64,000 bases of DNA. It comes from Candidatus Daviesbacteria bacterium. GTDB lineage: Bacteria > Patescibacteriota > Microgenomatia > Daviesbacterales > UBA10151. The stretch is from assembly GCA_016176335.1 (NCBI GenBank), contig JACOXI010000003.1, positions 322,477 to 386,476 of the forward strand, in the 5' to 3' direction. The notes below the pieces were generated by a model, which was given only the letters and a program-made list of their open reading frames with translations, searched no databases and was not told where the DNA came from. Positions 57,659-64,000 of this stretch are shown one piece after another; within the stretch, counting starts at the first letter, position 1; every line of letters begins with the position of its first letter. Position numbers and translations under genes: made by a program.

Positions 57659-58261
57659 TTAGCTCTCTAGCAGAGGAGATTTCTTAACTGCTGTTTTCTT
57701 TTTACCTCCGGAAGAGGGGGGTGTTGCTACTTTGATAGGTTTTTCTGTCTCTTGGGATGGTATAACAGGGGACAATAAGCCTAAGATCCTGTCAAGTTTG
57801 GCATTGATTTCTTCAAACTTATCCTGCAAAGCAGGAGAGTTTCGCTCATCCCTACCTCCAGCATTCTTTTTATCCCCAAAACAATTGCGGCAAAATACTG
57901 GTTTATCACTGTTAGGTTGAAATGGAACTTTACAGGTGTCTCCACAGTCAGCACAGGTAGCGTCAAACATTGGTCTAAGATCGTGAGATCGCAAGCTTTG
58001 CTTTAGGTCGTCAGACCGCAAGCTCTGCTTATCTTCAGATCTTTCAGAGTGTCTTCCTTCAAATCTTCTTGAATTAGAACTTCCTCTCTGGTTTGCAAAG
58101 CAGTTGCTGCAAAAAATTGGCTTACCGCTGGTTGGTCTAAAGGGTACTTCGCATTCCTTACCACAGTTATCACAAATTGCTTTGTGTAATTCAACAGGAC
58201 CGCGGCCTGGGCCGCGATTGTTAAATCTTGGTCTATCATGTCTACTTCTATTGAATGCCAT
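57659..58261 (-). CDS. CxxC-x17-CxxC domain protein (two domains)
   Basis: CDNCGKECEVPFRP..GKPIFCSNCF and CADCG..CKVPF.P...KPVFCRNCF. Confidence 0.88.
   Translation of the reverse strand: MAFNRSRHDRPRFNNRGPGRGPVELHKAICDNCGKECEVPFRPTSGKPIFCSNCFANQRGSSNSRRFEGRHSERSEDKQSLRSDDLKQSLRSHDLRPMFDATCADCGDTCKVPFQPNSDKPVFCRNCFGDKKNAGGRDERNSPALQDKFEEINAKLDRILGLLSPVIPSQETEKPIKVATPPSSGGKKKTAVKKSPLLES
57977..58030 (-). mobile_element. Two tandem 27-nt double-hairpin elements in frame (KQSLRSDDL KQSLRSHDL)
   Basis: AAGC-AGA-GCTT GC GGTC-TGAC-GACC TA and AAGC-AAA-GCTT GC GATC-TCAC-GATC TT. Confidence 0.78.
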
Positions 58262-58375
58262 AATATTGCTTAGTGTGTAAGTATACCACGTTATCCTCCT
58301 TTGTGCTTTAATATAGCAGGAAAAATGTATCCATTGAACTTGCCTTTTTGATACTCAAAAACGTAATATATAAGA

Positions 58376-59875
58376 GTGAAACTTCTTGTAAAGCATAAGG
58401 TTGAATTGTTTATTCTTTTGATCCTTATCGCCTGTTATTTTATTTTAAGGCTTCCAAATCTTACTCTTCAGCCCATTTTTGCGGATGAGGCCATCTATAT
58501 CCGCTGGGCCCAAGTTATGAGAGCGGAGCCAACCTTGCGGTTTATTTCCATGCAAGATGGTAAAACCCCTCTTTTTATGTGGACAATGATGCCTATTTTT
58601 AAAATTTTTGAAGACCCCTTATTTGCCGGAAGGGTTTTATCAGTTACATCCGGTTTCTTTTCACTTTTGGGCGTATATTTCCTTTCCAAAAAAATTTTTA
58701 ATAAGCAAACAGCTTTTTGGGCCGCCCTTTTGTATGTAATTACTCCTTATACTGTTTTTTTTGACAGGATGGCTTTGGTGGATTCCATGCTTTCCGCATT
58801 TGGCATTTGGATAATTTATTTTGCAATTTGGCTGTCAAAAACTTTAAGGCTGGATATTGCCATGATTTTAGGTTACCTTTTGGGAGGAGCGGTTTTAACC
58901 AAAACTTCGGGGATGGTAAATTTTTTGCTTGTGCCTGTTTCTATTTTGGGATTCAACTTTGAAAAAAGTAAGAGAAAACCTTTTTTAAAGCTTGCCTTAC
59001 TTTGGGGAGTGGCCATAGGTATAGGTTTAATAATGTATAATCTGTTAAGACTGGGACCGGAATTTCACCAGCTATCTTCTAGAAATCAGGATTATGTGTT
59101 TTCCCCCCTAGAACTTATCGGTAGACCCTTGGATCCATTTTTACCGCATTTTCAAGATATTTTTGATTGGTTCCCCAAACTCTTAACTTGGCCGATTCTT
59201 TTTTGCGGAGCTGTAGGTTTATTTTATGTTTTGACTAACTTTCACAAACTAGGTCTGGTTTTATTTTTGTGGGGTTTTATACCTTTAATTTTGGATATGG
59301 TATTTTTAAAAACTTTTACGGCAAGATATTTACTGCCAACAATCCCCACACTCTTAATTATTTCAGCATATGGCATTTATCATATACTCCCAAGATTTGT
59401 TTCTCACAGACCCCTATCTTTCGTACTGATGCTTTTAGTGGTACTACCTTTACCCTTATATTTTAATTATTTGCTTCTGACTAATCCTCAAAAAGCACCT
59501 TTACCTTCTGAAGAAAGATCGGGGTATTTTGAAGCTTGGACTGCAGGTTATGGTTTTTCTGAAATTTCACAATTTTTAAAAGAGCAAAAGAAAGCAGGTA
59601 AGGTGGTAGTTGGAACAGAAGGTTTTTTTGGAACTTTGCCAGACGGATTGCGCATCTATTTGGATAAAGATGATATAGCAATAATTGGCAGTCATGCTAC
59701 AATTTCCGCACAGATTAGAAATGCGGCTAAAGATAATTTAACATTCTTTGTCGGCAACAAAAGCAGAGTTTCGGGAAGCGTTAATAATGTTGTTTTACTT
59801 AAAGAATATCCGAAAGCAAAACCCTTAGAAAAGTTAGATCAAGATGCCATAGTTTTATATAAGGTTTTACCATAA
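58376..59875 (+). CDS. GT-C membrane glycosyltransferase (PMT_2-like)
   Basis: FADEAIY, DGKTPLFMW, FDRMALVD, ARY; multi-TM. Confidence 0.85.
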   Translation: MKLLVKHKVELFILLILIACYFILRLPNLTLQPIFADEAIYIRWAQVMRAEPTLRFISMQDGKTPLFMWTMMPIFKIFEDPLFAGRVLSVTSGFFSLLGVYFLSKKIFNKQTAFWAALLYVITPYTVFFDRMALVDSMLSAFGIWIIYFAIWLSKTLRLDIAMILGYLLGGAVLTKTSGMVNFLLVPVSILGFNFEKSKRKPFLKLALLWGVAIGIGLIMYNLLRLGPEFHQLSSRNQDYVFSPLELIGRPLDPFLPHFQDIFDWFPKLLTWPILFCGAVGLFYVLTNFHKLGLVLFLWGFIPLILDMVFLKTFTARYLLPTIPTLLIISAYGIYHILPRFVSHRPLSFVLMLLVVLPLPLYFNYLLLTNPQKAPLPSEERSGYFEAWTAGYGFSEISQFLKEQKKAGKVVVGTEGFFGTLPDGLRIYLDKDDIAIIGSHATISAQIRNAAKDNLTFFVGNKSRVSGSVNNVVLLKEYPKAKPLEKLDQDAIVLYKVLP

Positions 59876-59881
59876 TTCGAA

Positions 59882-61642
59882 ATGTTTAACTTTCTTGCAA
59901 ACAGATCTTTTCTTGAAAAGATTTCATATAAATCTTGGATCATTTTAATTGTCATATTGACCATCCCCACCTTTTATCAACTGATTAGGCCCGGTTTTTT
60001 CTTTATGCAAGATGACCTGCAAGCAATGAGAGTACATCAGATGTTTAGGTGTTTGCAGGATTTTCAAATTCCCTGCAGGTGGGTGCCTGACATGGGTTAT
60101 CAGTATGGCTATCCCCAGTTTTTATATTACCCTCCCAGTGTATATTATTTGGGTGCTTTAATTCATTTATTTGCTGTTCAAATCATAGATTCTGTCAAAA
60201 TTCTGTTTATCTTCGGTTATATTCTTTCAACACTTTTTATGTTTATTTTTTTAAAAGCTTTTTTTGATGGAGAATCTAAAGAAAAAAGATTTGTCAGTAC
60301 TACCCTGCCTGCATTTTTGGGGGCAATGCTTTATACATACATTCCATATAAAGCATTAGAGGTCTATGTTAGAGGTGCTTTAAACGAATTTTGGAGTCTG
60401 GTTTTCTTTCCTTTGATTTTTTGGGCAATCTATCAGCTGATAAGCAAACAAAAGTTAAAATATGTAATTTTCCTTGCTCTCTCCACAGCTGCACTGATGC
60501 TTACTCACAATTTAATGACACTTATTTTTGCGCCACTTTCCATACTTTGGTGTTTAAGTTTGCTCGTATTAAAAAAGACTTGGAAAGTGATCCCCAAAAT
60601 ATTTTTGGGAGGACTTTTGGGAATAGGACTGGCAGCTTTTTTTACACTACCGGTAATTTTTGAAGGGAAATACGCTCATCTGGAAACTCTGGTAGGCGGA
60701 TATTTTGACTACAGGCAACACTTTGTTTCTATCAATAGATTATTGATTTCAAACCAATTTGGTTACGGGTCATCTGGGTTTGGACAAGATAATAATTTAA
60801 CTTTATCAACAGGACAAATACAATGGATGGTGGCTTTATTTGGATTTATTTTAGCGCCATTCTTTTTAAAAAAGCATAAAAATATAGCAATACTTGTAAT
60901 AATCAATTCTTTAGTTGAACTTGTAGTTTTATTTTTGATTCATCAAAAATCCTCTTTCATTTGGGAGCGAATACCAATTATGGTCTATTTACAATTTCCC
61001 TGGAGATTTTTGACAGACAGTATTTTTCTACTGTCTTTTTTAGGAGCGGGAACAATTTTCTTTATTAGTCAAATCAACATTAAAGGAGCAAAAATTTTTG
61101 CAACTTTGATTTTAATAGGAATCTTCCTACTGCATGCTCAATTTTTTAAACCTAAAGAGTGGTTTGGTATTTCCGACAAGGATAAATTTTCCGGCCCTTT
61201 TTGGGAGAAAGAATTAACAATCAGCATTTTTGATTACCTGCCCGCCTATGCAGAACTTCCTCCCAACAAAATTGCACCGGATACCCCTGAAGTTTTGGAA
61301 GGAAAGGTACGCTTTATAACCTACAGGAAGGGAAGCAACTACCAGATAGGAGAAGTTGAGGCAAGGGAGGATTCTGTCATTAGATTGCCGTTATTTGATT
61401 TTCCGGGGATGAGAGTAACAGTAGATGGAAAAGTAGTTGGACACAAAAATGATGACTGCAGGGGAGAGGAATATTGTTTGGGTTTAATAACCTTTGATTT
61501 GCCTCAAGGATCCCACCTTATAAAAGCACAACTGATGGATACACAAATTAGGAGTATAGGGAATATAATTACCTTGACCTCTTTTCTTTTACTTTTAGTA
61601 TTAGTTGGTAAAAACTATGGTTACAAAAAAGTTCATCTTTAA
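59882..61642 (+). CDS. GT-C membrane protein (YfhO/PTPS-related family)
   Basis: DDLQ, RWVPD...GYP.F..YPP, YVRGA..E, THN, QFPWRF. Confidence 0.8.
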   Translation: MFNFLANRSFLEKISYKSWIILIVILTIPTFYQLIRPGFFFMQDDLQAMRVHQMFRCLQDFQIPCRWVPDMGYQYGYPQFLYYPPSVYYLGALIHLFAVQIIDSVKILFIFGYILSTLFMFIFLKAFFDGESKEKRFVSTTLPAFLGAMLYTYIPYKALEVYVRGALNEFWSLVFFPLIFWAIYQLISKQKLKYVIFLALSTAALMLTHNLMTLIFAPLSILWCLSLLVLKKTWKVIPKIFLGGLLGIGLAAFFTLPVIFEGKYAHLETLVGGYFDYRQHFVSINRLLISNQFGYGSSGFGQDNNLTLSTGQIQWMVALFGFILAPFFLKKHKNIAILVIINSLVELVVLFLIHQKSSFIWERIPIMVYLQFPWRFLTDSIFLLSFLGAGTIFFISQINIKGAKIFATLILIGIFLLHAQFFKPKEWFGISDKDKFSGPFWEKELTISIFDYLPAYAELPPNKIAPDTPEVLEGKVRFITYRKGSNYQIGEVEAREDSVIRLPLFDFPGMRVTVDGKVVGHKNDDCRGEEYCLGLITFDLPQGSHLIKAQLMDTQIRSIGNIITLTSFLLLLVLVGKNYGYKKVHL

Positions 61643-63284
61643 TTTTTGGCCGTTCTTTCTTTTGTTGCTTTTTACAACGCTCATTGCATGGCCGATATTT
61701 TTACCCGGTTATTTTTCTCACCATGATGATTTGCAAGTGATGAGGATATTTGAGATGAAAAAATGTATAGATGATTGGCAAATTCCCTGCAGGTGGGTGC
61801 CTGATTTAGGTTTTGGAAACGGTTACCCACTTTTTAACTATTACAATGTTTTCCCTTATTATATAGGTGCAATAGGAAGCTATTTTTTAGGCTTTATCGG
61901 TAGTGCAAAACTGCTTTTTTTCATGGCGGTAACCCTTGCTGGAGTATCCATGTATCTTCTTGCAGAGGAACTTTTTGGCACATACCCTGCTCTTTTGGCC
62001 GCCACTCTTTATATGTTTGCTCCGTACAGGGCACTTGATATTTATGTAAGAGGTGCAGTAGCAGAAAGTTTTTCACTTGCAATCATCCCTCTTGTTTTGT
62101 ATTTTGCCTTCAAACTTACCAAAAAAGATCTGCCAAGATTTAAGATAGGACTTGCTTTATCTTTTGCCGCGTTTTTAACCAGCCACAATATCATGACCTT
62201 GTTGTTTTTACCGGTCATTTCTGCATTTTTTTTGATTTGGTTTTGGAAAAGAGAATTTACGATAGTTAAATCTTTAATTCTTTATCTGTTGTTGGGATTT
62301 GGATTATCCGCTTTTTTTATAGTCCCGGCATTCTTGGAGAAAAATTTGGTACAAATAGATAATTTAGTGAGATTAGAATTGGATTTCAGAGGCCATTTTG
62401 TAACTTTATATCAGTTATTTTTAGACAGAGGGTGGGGGTATGGAGCATCATTCCCGGGAGTTGGTGATACCATCTCGTTTCAAATTGGCTGGCCCCATTG
62501 GTTTTTGGCACTTGGCTCAATTGTCAGCTGGTTTTTTGTAAAGAAGAGGGATTACAAATGGCTCATTCTCTATTGTGCAACACTGCTAATTTTTGCAGGA
62601 TCTATCTTTATGACCCATATACGATCTGCTTTTATTTGGGAGCAAATTGGGATATTAAGATTCACCCAGTTTCCTTGGCGCTTTTTGTCTATTGTAATAT
62701 TTAGTTCAAGTTTACTGGGAGGATTTTTTGTATATAACCTCAAAGAATCTGTTGCTAAAATTGTGACAGTAATACTAATTATAGTTACAGTTTTTTTAAA
62801 CTGGAACTATTTTAAGCCACAGCAGTTCATATTTGATTTAACTGATAAAGAAAAATTAAGCGGGAAACTTTGGGAGACTCAACAAAAGGCTGCTATTTTA
62901 GATTATTTACCAATTCAATCTGTGGAGCCTTTAGAGCCAGCCCCCCCCAAACCGATTATTGTTAAGGGCGATGCAGAGATTAAAAATTTTGAAAACAAAT
63001 CTAACAGATGGCAATTTGAAGCAAATGTTTTTGATTCGTCTGTTGTGGAAGTTCCTGTTTTTGATTTTCCTGATTGGCAAGTATTTGTTAATGGTAAAAA
63101 GATAGACCATTCCAACAAAAATTATCTGGGAAGAATCAGTTTTAATCTAAGCAGAGGGGATTATTTTGTTGTCGGCAAGTTTGAGAATACATTGATTAGG
63201 ACAATTGCCAATATAATCTCTGCTATCTCTATATTGGTTATTATTTTTATTCTTTATGGAAAAATTAGAAAAACTGATAACTAG
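61617..63284 (+). CDS. GT-C membrane protein (YfhO/PTPS-related family), tandem paralog
   Basis: HDDLQ, RWVPD...GYPLFNYY, YVRGAVAE, SHN, QFPWRF. Confidence 0.8.
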   Translation: MVTKKFIFNFWPFFLLLLFTTLIAWPIFLPGYFSHHDDLQVMRIFEMKKCIDDWQIPCRWVPDLGFGNGYPLFNYYNVFPYYIGAIGSYFLGFIGSAKLLFFMAVTLAGVSMYLLAEELFGTYPALLAATLYMFAPYRALDIYVRGAVAESFSLAIIPLVLYFAFKLTKKDLPRFKIGLALSFAAFLTSHNIMTLLFLPVISAFFLIWFWKREFTIVKSLILYLLLGFGLSAFFIVPAFLEKNLVQIDNLVRLELDFRGHFVTLYQLFLDRGWGYGASFPGVGDTISFQIGWPHWFLALGSIVSWFFVKKRDYKWLILYCATLLIFAGSIFMTHIRSAFIWEQIGILRFTQFPWRFLSIVIFSSSLLGGFFVYNLKESVAKIVTVILIIVTVFLNWNYFKPQQFIFDLTDKEKLSGKLWETQQKAAILDYLPIQSVEPLEPAPPKPIIVKGDAEIKNFENKSNRWQFEANVFDSSVVEVPVFDFPDWQVFVNGKKIDHSNKNYLGRISFNLSRGDYFVVGKFENTLIRTIANIISAISILVIIFILYGKIRKTDN

Positions 63285-64000
63285 ATACTGGTTTTTTATA
63301 ATATTAATTTTTTTTATCCCGGCTGTTTGGGCACTTTTTGTGAAAGGATATTTTGGGGCATCGGATGATTTGCATGTTGCTTGGCTTTATGAACTTGATA
63401 GAGCGATTAAATTAGGACAAATCCCTCCGCGTTTTGTTCCGGACTTAAGTTTTGGCTTTGGATATCCTCTTTTTAATTTTGTTTTCCCATTACCCTTTTA
63501 TATCGGGGAGATATTTCATCTTTTGGGATTAACCTTAGTGGATAGTGTCAAGGCGGTTCTTTTTGTAAGCATTCCCATTTCTGGAATATTTATGTATCTG
63601 CTGCTTCGGGAGTTTACAAAAAGCAGGTTTGCCTTTGTTGGTGCAATGCTCTATATTTACGCGCCTTACAGAGCAGTGGATATTTACGTGAGGGGTGCAA
63701 TAGGGGAGGCCTTAAGTTTTATTTTCTTGCCTTTGGTGATACTTGCCATAGTCAAGTTAAAAAGTTCTAAACATTGGAAATGGGCAGGATTGGGGGCAAT
63801 ATCGGTCGCTTCCCTAGTGTTGTCGCACAATATAGCAGCATACATGTTCTTCCCTTTTGTGATTGTGTTTTTTTTCTTACAATTTTTTTCCACAGCAGCT
63901 TGGAAAGCATTTTTCTTAAGATTATTTTTAATGTTTTTTTTGGGTTTTTTGATCAGTATTTATTTTTGGTTGCCGGCACTTTTAGAGAGCAGTCTGCTCA
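63256..64000 (+). CDS. GT-C membrane protein (YfhO/PTPS-related family), third paralog, partial at window edge
   Basis: Own translation: MEKLEKLITRYWFF...SDDLHVAW...GQIPPRFVPDLSFGFGYPLFNF...YVRGAIGE; absent from the ORF track because it has no stop in the window. Confidence 0.82.
   Translation, partial: MEKLEKLITRYWFFIILIFFIPAVWALFVKGYFGASDDLHVAWLYELDRAIKLGQIPPRFVPDLSFGFGYPLFNFVFPLPFYIGEIFHLLGLTLVDSVKAVLFVSIPISGIFMYLLLREFTKSRFAFVGAMLYIYAPYRAVDIYVRGAIGEALSFIFLPLVILAIVKLKSSKHWKWAGLGAISVASLVLSHNIAAYMFFPFVIVFFFLQFFSTAAWKAFFLRLFLMFFLGFLISIYFWLPALLESSLL

Noticed and set aside
1-64000. Alternative genetic code (UGA = Gly, code 25)
   Set aside because: Conserved genes end at TGA at their expected lengths and RF2 is present

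Overview
AT-rich bacterial chromosome segment using genetic code 11 (TGA stops, RF2 present). Gene content, very compact spacers and the lack of Shine-Dalgarno sites suggest a Patescibacteria/CPR (Microgenomates-like) genome; this is inference. The first ~28 kb is housekeeping: pfkB-family kinase, trxB, L,D-transpeptidase/DacA, nrdR-nrdJ-cobO, CIRCE-lon-hppA, a two-component pair, tRNA-Glu, greA, lysS, serS and secA. The rest is dominated by surface glycosylation (12 GT-C membrane transferases, three GT2 polyprenyl-phosphate sugar synthases with two as fusions, rmlABCD, gmd, galE), interleaved with ftsEX, prfB, tsaE and tsaB. No CRISPR array, prophage, transposase or reverse transcriptase is visible. 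Most notable: (1) tiny 18-30 nt hairpin elements sitting in-frame in unrelated genes, with the same KQSLRSxDL peptide in an HD protein and twice in a CxxC-x17-CxxC protein, compensatory stem changes, related inserts in secA and tsaB, and a shared 3' TAAAG flank; (2) an FtsEX-linked coiled-coil protein whose M23 peptidase domain is circularly permuted; (3) several sequence-unrelated heptamer arrays; (4) -10 boxes 5-8 nt before start codons, implying widespread leaderless mRNA. All product calls come from motif recognition by eye; no searches were run.
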